Positions 10,395-24,700 of a stretch of 64,000 bases of DNA are shown one piece after another. The DNA is from Mobula hypostoma (lineage: Eukaryota). The translations under genes were made by a program, and so were the position numbers. The number at the start of each line of letters is the position of its first letter. The stretch's first letter is position 1. The notes beneath the pieces were generated by a model. That model was not told where the DNA came from, ran no database searches, and saw nothing but the letters and a program-made list of their open reading frames with translations. The stretch spans positions 192,076,001 to 192,140,000 of the forward strand of contig NC_086101.1 in NCBI RefSeq assembly GCF_963921235.1, written 5' to 3'.

Positions 10395-13300
10395 TGACCG
10401 CCGCCCCCCGCAGAACCAGCGCTAGGAGGTGCAGAGTCCGCAGCCTGCACACTGTCAGTTCTTTTAGGTGGCCGGCCTCGTCGTCGTGGGGGTGGCACCG
10501 CAACCGGGCGTTCAAGGTCTAGATGCGCCGGTTTGAGACGGTCAATGGTAAAAGTCTCTTCACGACCACCAATGTCGAGAACGCAGGTCGTCCCATTATG
10601 GCGCCCCACCTTGTAGGGCCCTTCGTATGGTCGCTGCAGGGGTGGTCTGTGTGCGCCTCGGCGAACGAAAACATACTTGCTCTGTTGTAGGTCCTTGGGC
10701 ACGAAAGAAGGTGTTGTTCCATGATGGGATGTCGGGACTGGGGCAAGTGTTCCAAGCTGCTCCCGGAGTTTAGTTAGGTCCGCCGTAGGTGTGTCCTCCT
10801 GGCCACGGGGTGCTGGCACAAACTCACCGGGAACTGTGAGCGGGGCACCGTAAACGAGTTCGGCCGATGATGCGGCCAGGTCCTCCTTGGGTGCCGTGCA
10901 GATGCCAAGCAGCACCCAGGGGAGTTTGTCAACCCAGTCTGGCCCTTCGAGGAATGCCATCAGGGCTGACTTCAAGTGCCTGTGGAAACGTTCCACCAGG
11001 CCATTGGACTGCAGTCGTCCGGTGGAGCTGGGTTCCCAGGAGTTGTGCCAGTGCAGATCACAAAGCCGATGTGAACTGTGCACTCCTGTCTGAAGTGACG
11101 TGGGCTGAAAGTCCGAACCGTGCCACCCAGGTAGTAATCAGGGCTCTGGCGCACGTCTCCGTGGCTGTGTCAGCGAGTGGGACAGCTTCCGGCCACCTCG
11201 TGAACCTGTCCAGCATGGTGAACAGGTATCTCGCTCCTCTCGAAACCAGCAGTGGGCCGACGATGTCCACGTGGACATGTTCGAACCTCCTATGTATCGG
11301 CTAGAAGGGTTGCAGTGGGGCCCTCGCGTGACTCTGGATTTTGGAGGTTTGACAGTGCATGCCTGTCCTGGCCCAGTGCCCGACCTGTTTGCGTAGGCTG
11401 TGCCACACAAACCTGTCTGCGATCAGCCGGATGGTCGCCCGGATGGAAAGGTGGGTTAAACTGTGCAAGGCGTCGAAAACGCGGCGCCTCCAAGGGGTCG
11501 GAACAATGGGCCGAGGTTGCCCGGTGGACACATCGCAAAGGAGCTCATTACCTTCGGGCCCAATGGGTATGTCTTCGAGGCTGAGTCCTGAGACTGTGGT
11601 TCGGTACGCCAGCACCTCGCTGTCCAGTCGTTGCGTCTTAGCTAACGCAGCGTAATCCACCCCTGGAGACAGAGAGTACACTGATTGGACTGAGGTGCAT
11701 GACAGCGCGTCAGCTACCATGTTGTTCTTCCCGGAGATGTGCTTGATCGTGGTGGTAAACTCCGAGATGTACGATAGGTAGCGTTGCTGGCAGCTCGACC
11801 ACGGGTCTGACACTTTGGCAAACGCAAAAGTGAGGGGCTTGTGGTCTGAGAAGACCGTGAACTCTCTCCCTTGCAGGAAATACCTGAAGTGCCAGATGGC
11901 AAGGTACAGGGCCAGCAGCTCCCTGTCGAAAGCATTGTACTTAAGTTCTGGGGGTCGTAGGTGCTGGCTGGAAAAAGCAAGTGGCCTCCACTGGCCTTCG
12001 ATGAGCTGCTCGAGCACGCCGCCAGCTGCCGCATCGGAGGCATCCACAGTGAGGGCAGTGGGGACGTCGACCTGGGGGTGGACCTAGCGTGGTGTTTGCT
12101 AGTATGTTCTTGGCTTGTTCAAAAGCCGCCTACGCCTCCTCTGTCCAGGTGACCTCTTTGAGCTTGCTGGACATCAAGCCGAAAAGGGGCCGCATGATCC
12201 AGGCCACTGAGGGCAGGAAACGGTGGTAAAAGTTAACCATCCCAACAAATTCCTGCAGGCCTGTAACAGTGCTGGGTCTGGCGAATTGGCGGATGGCCTC
12301 AACTTTTGCTGGCAGGGGCACAGCTCCATGGGGGTCGATCCAGTGTCCCAAGAAGTCGATGGCGGGTAGGCCGAATTGGCGCGGGGTGGGGTTGATAGCC
12401 AGGACGTAGTCACTTAGGCGGCGGCAGAGCAGATGTAAATGTGCTAGATGTTCCTGGTGGGAGCGGCTGGCGATAAGTATGTCATCCAGGTAGATGAACA
12501 GAAAGTCCAGACCTCGCCCTACTGCGTCCATCAGGCGCTGGAACATTTGCATCGTGTTTTTGAGCCCGAACGGCGTCCTGAGGAACTCGAACAGGCCAAA
12601 GGGGGTAATGAGGGCCGTCTTGGGTACATCATCCGGGTGGACTGGGATCTGATAATATCCTCGGAACAGGTCAATCTTTGAAAAGATGCACGCCCCATGC
12701 AGGTTGGCCATAAAGTCCTGGATGTGTGGTACCGGATAGCGATCAGATGAGGTGGCGTCGTTCAGCCTCCAATAGTCGCCGCGTGATCTCCACCCTCCCG
12801 CGGACTTGGCACCATATGGAGTGGGGAGGCACACGGGCTGTCGGAACACCGCACAATCCCCATCTCCATCTTCTTGAATTCCTCCTTCGCGAGGCGGAGT
12901 TTGTCGGGTGGTAGTCTGCGGGCCCGGGCATGAAGGGGAGGTCCCTGTGTGGGGATGTGGTGCATCACGCCGTGCTTGGGGTTTGTTGAGGAAAACTGTG
13001 GCATGATGATAGATGGGAACTCTGATAATACTCTGGCGAACTCGTTGTCGGAATAAGTGATGGAGTCCAGGTGCAGGGCCGGTAACCTGGCCTCCCCGAG
13101 GGAGAAAGTCTGGAACGTCTTCGCATCCACCAATCGTCGTCCCTTCAAATCCACGAGCAGGCAGTGCGCGCGGAGGAAGTCCGCACCCAGCAATGGCTGT
13201 GATACTGCGGCCAGCGTAAATGTCCATGTAAAGTGGCTGGAACCGAACTGCAAGGGGATGGTTCTTGTGCCGTAGGTGCAGATGGTACAGCTGTTGGCTG

Positions 13301-13420
13301 CCATAAGTTCCGGTTCTGTTCTTCTAGTTCGGGTATTGTGGCTCGAGGCAGGTAGAAAACTGATTTCCGCCCCCGTGTCCACCAGGAACCTACGCCCGGA
13401 GAGCTTGTCCCAAACGTATT
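10140..13420 (-). mobile_element. Gypsy/Ty3 LTR retrotransposon, 5'-truncated (protease-RT-RNaseH-integrase and 3' LTR)
   Basis: Protease LVDTGA (about 13385), RT IYLDDILI, RNaseH YNAFDRELLALY and FSDHKPL, integrase DIVGPL and NGLVERFHR with a GPY motif. Domain order PR-RT-RH-IN. Frameshifted. Confidence 0.95.
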
Positions 13421-13452
13421 TTTAGTCCAGTCCAGTTTATTGTCCAGGTGAG

Positions 13453-14820
13453 TTCTCAGGTATTTGTAGTATTGGACGACTTCCACATCCGTTCCCTTGA
13501 TGGAGATGGGAATGCAGAGTGTTTTCACCTTCCTGAAGTCCACCACCAACTCCTTTGTTTTAGTGATGTTGAGCTGCAGGTAATTCAGTCTGCACCACTC
13601 AACAAAGTTGTCTCCACTCTTCTGTACTCAGCCTCTTGCCCTCTCTTTTGCTTTTACATTAGCTTTGACTTCCCTTGTCAACCACAGTTGCATTATTTTG
13701 CTGTTTGAGGTTTCCTTTGTTTCTGGAACGCATCTACCCTGCACCTTCCTCATTTTTCCTAGAAACTCAAACCATTGCTGCTCTGCTGTCATCCCTGCCA
13801 GCATCTCCTTCCAATTTACTTTAGCCCACTCCTCTCTCACACCACTGTAATTTCCTTTACTCCACTGAAATACTGCTACATCAGACTTTACTTTCTCCCT
13901 ATCAGATTTCAAGTTGAACACAGTCATATTGTGGTCACTATTTCCTCAGGGTTCTTTTACCTTAAGTTCCCTAATCACCTCCAGTTCATTACGTAACACC
14001 CAATCCAGTACAGCTGAACCCCCAGTAGGCTCAATGACAAATTTCCCTTTGTCATCTGCAGTCCAAATCCCAGCTACTGTTTGGAGGCCTGTATATAACT
14101 GCCATCAGGGTCCTTTTACCCTTGAAGTTTCTGAACTCAACCCACAAGGGTTCAATATCTTCTGATCCAATGTCAGATGTTTCTACCGATTTGATGCCAT
14201 TCTTTACCAGCAGAGCCACACCACCCCCTCTGCCTACCTTCCTATCCCTCTGATACAATGTGTAACCTGAGACATTCAGCTCCCAACTACAACCATCCTT
14301 CAGCCATGATTCAGTGATGGCCACAGCATCATACCTGACAATCTGTAATAGTGCAACAAGATCATCCACCTCATTTCCTATTCTCAGTACATTGTGATAT
14401 AACACACTGAGGACTGTATTTGATTTTCAGGCAGATGGGGCTCATCAGCCTTGGATGACAGCCCGTCTCGGAGAAGGAAAACTCTGATTTTAAGCCTTCA
14501 TTACTTGTGGCCATACCCACCCATGGGAAAGGCTTTGGGAGTAAACCCCGAGGAAGAAATCCAGAGCTGGGGTCCCTAAGGCAGTTTGATATTGTTTACA
14601 GCTTCATTCTGGCAACCTCTGTGACGACACTGGTGCCAAGCTGTATCGGTGTTTGCCCTTCCCTTGGACTACATCAGTGACGTGGAGAGGGGGAGCCCAC
14701 TGCACGGGAACAGCCGGTTCTTCAAATCTTCCCACCCAGGCTTGTGCCCTGGAGAGGACACAGTCCACCAGAGGCGCAAATCCATGATCCCCTGGGATTG
14801 ACTGTTGCCGACTATGTATG
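13453..14820. repeat. Segmental duplication copy A (partial)
   Basis: Same Rex1-fragment/CR1/RTE-like junctions in the same order as 16370-18610 and 22660-24140. Confidence 0.85.
14428..14820 (+). mobile_element. Non-coding interspersed repeat resembling an RTE-type 5' UTR (also 18213-18600 and 23762-24145)
   Basis: Homologous to the inverted copy at 27170-27745. Family assignment is inference. Confidence 0.55.
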
Positions 14821-14834
14821 TAGATTACCCAATA

Positions 14835-17800
14835 TTCAATATTTGAAAGATTTCAGTGAGATCCCCCTCATCCTTCTAAATTCCAGTGAGTACAAGCCCA
14901 GTGTTCCTCACATGATAACCACTTCATTCCAAGAATCATCCTTGTGAATCTCATCTGAACCCCCTCCAATGGCTGCACGTCTTTTCTTAGATAGGGAGCC
15001 CAGAACGATTCACAATACTCAAGATGAGGCCTCACCAGTGCCTTATAAAGCCTCAGCATCACATCCCTGCTCTTGTATTTCAGACCTCTCGAAATGAATG
15101 CTAACATTCCATTTGCCCTCCTCACCACCGACTCTGCCTGCAAGTTAACCTTTAGGGTGTTCTGCACAACAACTCCCAAGTCCCTTTGCATCTCAGATTT
15201 TTGAATTTTCTCCGTTTAGAAAATAGTCTGCACAGTTATTTCTTTTAACATGACCATACATTTTCCAACATTCTATTTCATTTGCCACTTTCTTGCCCAT
15301 TCTCCTAATCTAAGTCCTTCTGCAGCCTACCTGTTTCCTCAACATTACCTGCCCCTCCACCAATCTTCGTATCATCTGCAAATTTGGCAACAGAGCCACG
15401 ATTCCACCATCTAAGTCATTTATATACAGCATAAAAGGAAGTGGTCCCAAAACCGACCCCTGTGGAACACCACTGGTCACTGGTAGCCAACCAATAAAGA
15501 ATCTTTTATTTCCACTCACTTCCTCCTACCAATCAGCCAATGCTCTAACCATTGCCAGTAACTTCCCTGTAATACCATGGCTCTTAACTTGGTAAGCAGT
15601 CTCATGTGTGACACCTTGTCAAAGGCCTTCGGAAAATCCAAATATACAACATCCACTGCATCCACTTTATCTATCCCACATCTAATCCCCTCAAAGAATT
15701 CCAACAGGCTCGTCAGGCAGGATCTTCCCTGAAGGAAACTATGCTGACCTTGTCCTATCTTGTCCTGTGTCACCAAGTACTCCATAAGCTCATCCTTAAC
15801 AATTGACTCCAACATCTTCCCAACCACTGAGGTCAGACTAAATGGTCAATTATTTCCTTTCTGCTGGCTCCCTCCTTTCTTAAAGAGTGGAGTGAAATTT
15901 GCAATTTTCCAGTCCTCCGGAACCATGCCAGAAATATCATTACAAATGCCTCCGCAGTCTTTACCACGGCCTCTCAGAACACTTGGGTACGGTTCATCTG
16001 GTCCATGTGACTTATGTACCCTTAGGTCTCTCAGCTTTTTGAGCATCTTCTCCCTTGTAATAGTAATTGCACTCGCTTCTCTTCCCTCACACTGTTCAAC
16101 ACCCGACACACTGCTCGTGTCTTCCACAGTGAAGACTGATGCAAAATACTCATTTAGTTCATCTGCCATCTCCTTATTATTTCTCTGGCCTCATTTTCTA
16201 GCAGTCCTATATCTACTCTCATCTCTCTTGTATTTTTTGCATACTTGACAAAAGCTTTTTCTATCCACCTTGATACTGTTTGCTAGCTTTCTTTTTTATT
16301 CCATCTTTTCCCTCCTGATGATTCTTTCAGTTGATTTCTGCAGGTATTTAACAACTCCCCAATTTTCTATTGTAGTCTTGGACAACTTGCACATCTGTTC
16401 CCTTGATGGAGATGGGAACGCTGGGTGGTTCCACCTTCCTGAAGTCCACCACCAACTCTTTGTTTTAGTGATGTTCAGCTGCAGGTAATTCAGCCCACAC
16501 CACTTAACAAAGTTGTCTCCACTCTTCTGTACTCAGCCTCTTGCCCTCTCTTTTGCTTTTACATTAGCTTTCACTTCCTTTGTCAACCACAATTGCATTA
16601 TTTTGCCATTTGTGGTTTGCTTTGTTTTTGGAATGTATCCACCCTGCACCTTCCTCATTTTTCCCAGAAACTCAAGCCATTGTTGCTCTGCTGTCATAGA
16701 CATAGTTATAGTCATAGTCATACTCTATTGATCCCAGGGGAAATCGGTTTTCATTACATTTGCACCATAAATAATAAATAGTGATAGAACCATAAATAGT
16801 TAAATAGTAATATGTAAATTATACCAGTAAATTATGAAATAAGTCCAGGACCAGCCTATTGGTTCAGTGTGTCTGACCCTCCAAGGGAGGAGTTGTAAAG
16901 TTTGATGGCCACAGGCAGGAATGACTTCCTATGACACTCTGTGCTACATCTCGGTGGAATGAGTCTCTGGCTGTACATACCCCTGTGCCCAACCAGTACA
17001 TTATGTAGTGGATTGGAGACATTGTCCAAGATGACATGCAACTTAGACAGCATCCTCTTTTCAGACACCACCGTGAGAGAGTCCAGTTCCATCCCCACAT
17101 CACTGGCCTTACAAATGAGTTTGTTGATTCCGTTGGTGTCTGCTACCCTCAGTCTGCTGCCCCAGCACATGATCGCACTGGCCACCACAGACTCGTAGAA
17201 CATCCTCAGCATCGTCTGGCAGATGTTAAAGGACCTCAGTCTCCTTAGGAAATAGAGACGGCTCTGACCCTTCTTGTAGACAGCTTCAGTGTTCTTTGAC
17301 CAGTCCAGTTTATTGTCAATTCGTATCCCCAGGTATTTGTAATCCTCCACCATGTCCACACTGACCCCCTGGATGCAAACAGGGGTCACCGGTACCTTAG
17401 CTCTCCTCAGGTCTACCACCAGCTTCTTAGTCTTTTTCACATCATCCCTGCCAGCAACTCCTTCCAATTTACTTTAGCCCACTCCTCTCACATATCACTG
17501 CAATTTCCTTTACTCCACTGAAATACTGCTACATTAGACTTTACTTTCTCCCTATCAAATTTCAAGTTGAACTCTCATATTGTGATCACTGCTTCCTCAA
17601 GGTTCTTTTACCCTAAGTTCCCTAATCAGCTCCAGTTCATTACATAAACCAGTAGAGCTGATCCCCCAGTAGGCTCAATGACAAACTGCTCTAAAAAGTC
17701 ATCACGCAGGTATTCAACAAACTCACTCTCCTGAGATCCATTACCAACCTAATTTTCCCAATCAATCTTCATGTTAAAATTTCCCATGACTATCATAACA

Positions 17801-20800
17801 ATGCTCTTTTGACATGCCTTCACTATTTCCCTTTATCATCTGCAGTCCAAATCCCAACCACTGTTTGGAGGCCTGTATATAACTGCCATCAGGGTCCTTT
17901 TCCCCTTGCAGTTTCTGAACTCAACCCACAGGGATTCAATATCTTCTGATCCAGTGTCACATGTTTCTACTGATTTGATGCCATTCTTTACCAGCAGAGC
18001 CACACCACCCCCTCTGCCCACCTTCCTATCCCTCTGATACAATGTGTAACCTGAGACATTCAGCTCCCAACTACAACCATCCTTCAGCCATGATTCAGTG
18101 ATGGCCACAGCATCATACCTGACAATCTGTAACAGTGCAACAAGATCATCCACCTCATTTCCTATTCTCAGTACATTGTGATATAACACACTGAGGACTG
18201 TATTTGCTTTTCAGGCGATTGGGGCTCATCAGCCTTGGATGACAGCCCGTCTCGGAGAAGGAAAACTCTGATTTTAAGCCTTCATTACTTGCGGCCATAC
18301 CCACCCATGGGAAAGGCTTTGGGAGTAAACCCCGAGGAAGAAATCCAGAGCTGGGGTCCCTAAGGCAGTTTGATGTTGTTTACAACTTCACTCTGGCAAC
18401 CTCTGTGACGACACTGGTGCCAAGCTGTATCGGTGTTTGCCCTTCCCTTGGACTACATCAGTGACGTGGAGAGGGGGAGCCCACTGCACGGGAACAGCCG
18501 GTTCTTCAAACCTTCCCACCCAGGCTTGTGCCCTGGAGAGGACACAGTCCACCAGAGGCGCAAACCCATGATCCCCTGGGACTGACGGCTGCCGACTGTA
18601 TTTACTACCCTTTTTGATTCTGCATCCCTGATGCACTGACACTCACCCTGATGGCTGCCTGTCCTTCCTGACAGTCTGACTGCATGCTGTGTTTGCTTTT
18701 TCACCATCTGTCCTATCCTGAGTCCCTGCACTCCAGTTGCCATCCCCCGCCAAATAAGTTTAAACTCTCCCCAACTGCTCGAACAAACCTGCCCACAAGA
18801 ATATTGGTTTCCCCTGAGTTCATGTGTAACCCAACACTTTTGAACAGGGTCGTACCTCCCCCAGAAGAGACCCCAATAATCCAAAATCAAAGCCCTGCCC
18901 CCTGCACCAGCCTCTCAGCCACACATTTATCTACCAAATCATCCCATTTCTACCATCACTGCCACATGGCACAGGCAGCAATGCAGAGATTACTACCCTG
19001 GAGGCCCTGCTTCTCAGCTTTCTACCGAGCTGTCTAAATTCTCTCTTTGCTTTTCTTTCCTTTGTCATTGGTACCAATATGTATCAAAATGTCTGGCTGC
19101 TCTCCCTCCCTCTCCATAATGCTGTGGACGCGATCTGAGACGTCCCTGACCCTGGCACCTGGGAGTCAACGTCGCATCTGGGTATCCTGTTCACATCTAC
19201 AGAATCTCCTATTTGTTCCTCTGAATATCAGAAGCAGGTTTGGGTCCCTTTATCTTTGAAAGGATGTGCTGAATCTGGAGAGGGTTCAAAGGAGGTTCAC
19301 GAAAATGATTCCAGGATTGAATGGCTTGTCACATTAAGAGTGTTTGATTACTCTGATCCTGTATTCACTGGAATTCATTAGAGTGAGGAGTGACTTCATT
19401 GAAACCTATCGAATGGTGAAAGGCCTCGATGGAGTAGATGTGGAGAGGATGTTTCCTATGTTCGAGGAGTCTAAGACCAGAGGACACAGCCTCAGAATAG
19501 AGGGGCGTCCTTTTACCATAGAGGTGAGAAGGAATTTCTTTAGCCAGAGAGTGGTGAATCTGTGGAATTTGTTGCCATCGGCTGCTGTGAAGGCCAAAGC
19601 TTTATCTATATTTAAGACAGAGGTTGATAAATTCTTGATTGGTCATGATGAGATACGGGGAGAAGGCAGGAGATTGGGGCTGAGAGGAAAATTGGGTTGG
19701 CCATGATGAAATGGTGGAGCTGATTCGATGGGCCAAATGACCGAATTCTGCTCCTATATCTTACAGTCGTACGGTCACAGAGAGAAGGTACAAACTCCTT
19801 ACAGACCGTGGTGGTAATTGATCCCCGGTTGTCTGTGCTCGTCACTGCACTAGGTGCCACTCCATCTCAACTGGCCCTTTTTCTCACTAATGACAGAGAG
19901 ATATCACTCCTGCCACAGCAAGAGGTGAGGCCAACAGCTCGCTGTTTCAACGTTACTGTCTGCAGTGTCGCTTATTTCGAGTTCCCCTGACTCGAGAATC
20001 AGCAGACCCTCTCTCACTGTTGAGCTAGAGAGAGAGTCATGATAGTGTAAGAGGGAACAAGAAGATGGTTTGGACTCTGTATAGATTAAAAATTACATGA
20101 GAATATTGGAAAAATTCATTGAACTTAAACTGGGAAAAGTCACTGGAGAAAAGTTCCAAAGTAAGTTGTTTATCAAAGTATGCATGTATACCCTGAGATT
20201 CATTGTTTGCAGAGGTTTACAGGCGAAAAGAAATACCAGAGAACTTATGAAAAACTATACACAAGATGAGCTTCATTTGTCACATGTATATTGAAACATA
20301 CAGTGAAATGCAGCATTTGTGTTGAGGATGAGCTGGGGGCAGCCCGCAAGAGTTGCCACATAACAAGCTCACCATGCCCAGCAGAACAACACAGAACACA
20401 ACAGCAACTGAACGTCAACAGTGAGACAAGCCCCATTCCACCCTCACACCCACCCACCCACACACAGGGACTTTCATCCAACCCCAGGCCTCCAGTCTCC
20501 AGTCTCAGCCTGACCTCAGTGGAAAAAAGCCTGTCCATACCCCCCATAATTTTGTATACCTCGATCAAACCTCCTCTCATTCTCCTACACTCCAGGAAGA
20601 ACATCCTCAAGCATTCAAATGTTCCCTGTGCGTAGCAGACTGATTATTGCCGCAGGTAATACAAGAAACAATGTGACAGATAGAGCGGTTCACAGGAAGG
20701 GTCTCAACTCGACCAAAAACTTCAACTGTCCATCTCCTTCAAACCTCACCTGTCCATCTGTCTCCACAGATGCTGTCTGACCTGTTCTGATACGGCACAT

Positions 20801-20885
20801 TTCAAAAATTCGATTGCTGCCACATTGGACACCCACCAAAATGATTACAGACATAACTGCTCCAGAAATACTTTGCAGTGGGAGT
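14835..20885. repeat. Segmental duplication copy B
   Basis: Collinear with 21797-27168 at an initial offset of 6294 bp (identical ORF pair 15516-15827 vs 21810-22121). Confidence 0.9.
16697..17445 (-). mobile_element. Rex1/Babar-type LINE 3' fragment inserted only in copy B
   Basis: ORF 16856-17467 (YKYLGIRIDNKLDW, RLYFLRRLRSF), (TAGTCA)n-type tail, TCAT repeated at both junctions. Absent from copy C. Confidence 0.88.
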
Positions 20886-21796
20886 TGTGATTGTGGGAGA
20901 TTTTAATTTTCCACACATAGACTGGGAAGCCCATTCTGTAAAAGGGCTGGATGGTTTGGAGTCTGTCAAATGTGTGCAGGATAGTTTTTTGGAGCAATAC
21001 ATAGCGGTACCAACTAGAGAAGGGGCAGTGTTGGATCTCCTGTTAGGGAATGAAACAGGGCAGGTGATGGAGGTATGTGTTGGGGAGCACTTCGGTTCCA
21101 GTGATCACAATACCATTAGTTTCAGTGTAATTATGGAGAAGTATAGGACTGGACCTAGGACTGAGATTTTTGATTGGAGAAAGGCTAACTTTGAGGCGAT
21201 GTGAAAGGAGTTAGAAGGAGTGGATTGGGACAATTTGTTCTATGGGAAGGATATAACAGAGAAATGGAGGTCATTTAAAGGTGAAATTTTGAGGATTCAG
21301 AATCTTTATGTTCCTGTTAGGTTGAAAGGAAAGGTTATAAGTTTGAGAGAGCTATGGTTTTCAAGAGATATTGAAAACTTGGTTTGGAAAAAGAGAGGGA
21401 CCTTCAATAAATATAGGCATTTGGAGTTAATGAGGTACTCGAGGAATATAAAGAATGTAAAAAGAATCTTAAAGAAATTAGAAAAGCTTAAAGAAGATAC
21501 GAGGCTGCTTTGGCAAGTAAGGTGAAAATAAATCCAAAGGGTTTCTACAATCATGTTAGTGGCAAAAGGATAGTGAGGGATAAAATTGGTCCCTTAGAGA
21601 ATCAGAGTGGAAGGCTATGTGCGGAGCCAAAAGAGATCGGGGAGATTTTGAACAATTTCTTTTTTTCGGTATTCACTAAGGAGAAGGATATTGAATTGTG
21701 TAAGGTAAAGGAAACAAGAAGGGTAGTTATGCAAAGTATGACAATTAAAGAAGAGGAAGTACTGACGCTTTTAAGGAATATAAAAGTGGATAAGTC
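20886..21796 (+). mobile_element. CR1 endonuclease-region fragment between copies B and C
   Basis: VGDFNFPHIDW, HFGSSDHN, DKIGPLENQSG motifs. Confidence 0.88.
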
Positions 21797-24700
21797 TTTT
21801 TATTTCCACTCACTTCCTCCTACCAATCAGCCAATGCTCTAACCATTGCCAGTAACTTCCCTGTAATACCATGGCTCTTAACTTGGTAAGCAGTCTCATG
21901 TGTGACACCTTGTCAAAGGCCTTCGGAAAATCCAAATATACAACATCCACTGCATCCACTTTATCTATCCCACATCTAATCCCCTCAAAGAATTCCAACA
22001 GGCTTGTCAGGCAGGATCTTCCCTGAAGGAAACTATGCTGACCTTGTCCTATCTTGTCCTGTGTCACCAAGTACTCCATAAGCTCATCCTTAACAATTGA
22101 CTCCAACATCTTCCCAACCACTGAGGTCAGACTAAATGGTCAAATTATTCCTTTCTGCTGGCTCCCTCCTTTCTTAAAGAGTGGAGTGAAATTTGCAATT
22201 TTCCAGTCCTCCGGAACCATGCCAGAAATATCATTACAAATGCCTCCGCAGTCTTTACCACGGCTTCTCAGAACACTTGGGTGCAGTTCATCTGGTCCAC
22301 GTGACTTATGTACCCTTAGGTCTCTCAGCTTTTTGAGCATCTTCTCCCTTGTAATAGTAATTGCACTCGCTTCTCTTCCCTCACACTGTTCAACACCTGA
22401 CACACTGCTCGTGTCTTCCACAGTGAAGACTGATGCAAAATACTCATTTAGTTCATCTGCCATCTCATTATTTCTCTGGCCTCATTTTCTAGCCGTCCGA
22501 TATCTACTCTCATCTCTCTTGTATTTTTTGTATACTTGACAAAAGCTTTTTCTATCCACCTTGATACTGTTTGCTAGCTTGCTTATTTATTTCATCTTTT
22601 CCCTCCTGATGATTCTTTCAGTTGATTTCTGCAGGTATTTAACAACTTCCCAATTTTCTATTGTAGTCTTGGACGACTTCCACATCCGTTCCCTTGATGG
22701 AGATGGGAATGCAGAGTGTTTTCACCTTCCTGAAGTCCACCACCAACTCCTTTGTTTTAGTGATGTTGAGCTGCAGGTAATTCAGTCTGCACCACTCAAC
22801 AAAGTTGTCTCCACTCTTCTGTACTCAGCCTCTTGCCCTCTCTTTTGCTTTTACATTAGCTTTGACTTCCCTTGTCAACCACAGTTGCATTATTTTGCTG
22901 TTTGAGGTTTCCTTTGTTTTTGGAATGTATCCACCCTGCACCTTCCTCATTTTTCCTAGAAACTCAAACCATTGCTGCTCTGCTGTCATCCCTGCCAGCA
23001 TCTCCTTCCAATTTACTTTAGCCCACTCCTCTCTCACACCACTGTAACTTCCCTTACTCCACTGAAATACTGCTACATCAGACTTTACTTTCTCCCTATC
23101 GAATTTCAAGTTGAACTCTCATATTGTGGTCACTATTTCCTCAGGGATCTTTTATCTTAAGTTCCCTAATCAGCTCCGGTTCATTACATAACACCCAATC
23201 CAGTAGAGCTGATCCCCCAGTAGGCTCAATGACAAACTGCTCTAAAAAGTCATCACTCAGGTATTCAAAAAACTCACTCTCCTGAGATCCATTACCAACC
23301 TAATTTTCCCAATCAATCTTCATGTTAAAATTTCCCATGACTATCATAACAATGCTCTTTTGACATGCCTTCACTATTTCCCTTTGTCATCTGCAGTCCA
23401 AATCCCAACCACTGTTTGGAGGCCTGTATATAACTGCCATCAGGGTCCTTTTCCCCTTGCAGTTTCTGAACTCAACCCACAAGGATTCAATATCTTCTGA
23501 TCCAGTGTCACATGTTTCTACTGATTTGATGCCATTCTTTACCAGCAGAACCACACCACCCCCTCTGCCTACCTTCCTATCCCTCTGATACAATGTGTAA
23601 CCTGAGACATTCAGCTCCCAACTCCAACCATCTTTCAGCCATGATTCAGTGATGGCCACAGCATCATACCTGACAATCTGTAACAGTGCAACAAGATCAT
23701 CCACCTCATTTCCTATTCTCAGTACATTGTGATATAACACACTGAGGACTGTATTTGCTTTTCAGGCGATTGGGGCTCATCAGCCTTGGATGACAGCCCG
23801 TCTCGGAGAAGGAAAACTCTGATTTTAAGCCTTCATTACTTGTGAAAGTAATGGGAAAGGCTTTGAGAGTAAACCCTGAGGAAGAAATCCAGAGCTGGGG
23901 TCCCTAAGGCAGTTTGATGTTGTTTACAGCTTCACTCTGGCAACCTCTGTGACGACACTGGTGCCAAGCTGTATCGGTGTTTGCCCTTCCCTTGGACTAC
24001 ATCAGTGACGTGGAGAGGGGGAGCCCACTGCACGGGAACAGCCAGTTCTTCAAATCTTCCCACCCAGGCTTGTGCCCTGGAGAGGACACAGTCCACCAGA
24101 GGCACAAACCCATGATCCCCTGGGACTGACGGCTGCCGACTGTATTTACTACCCTTTTTGATTCTGCATCCCTGATGCACTGACACTCACCCTGATGGCT
24201 GCCTGTCCTTCCTGACAGTCTGACTGCATGCTGTGTTTGCTTTTTCACCATCTGTCCTATCCTGAGTCCCTGCACTCCAGTTGCCATCCCCCTGCCAAAT
24301 TAGTTTAAACTCTCCCCAACTGCTCGAACAAACCTGCCCACAAGAATATTGGTTTCCCCTGAGCTCAGGTGTAATCCATCACTTTTGAACAGGGTCATAC
24401 CTCCCAGAGAAGAGACCCCAATAATCCAAAACCAAAGCCCTGCCCCCTGCACCAGCCTCTCAGCCACGCATTTATCCACCTAATCACCCCATTTCTACCA
24501 TTACTGCCATGTGGTACAGGCAGTAATGCAGAGATTACGACCCTGGAGGTCCTGCTTCTCACCTTTACAATAGACAATAGGTGTAGGAGTAGGCCATTCG
24601 GCCCTTCGAGCCAGCACCGCCATTCACTGTGATCATGGCTGATCATCCACAATCAGTATCCAGTTCCTGCCTTATCCCCATAACCTTTGATTTCGCTATT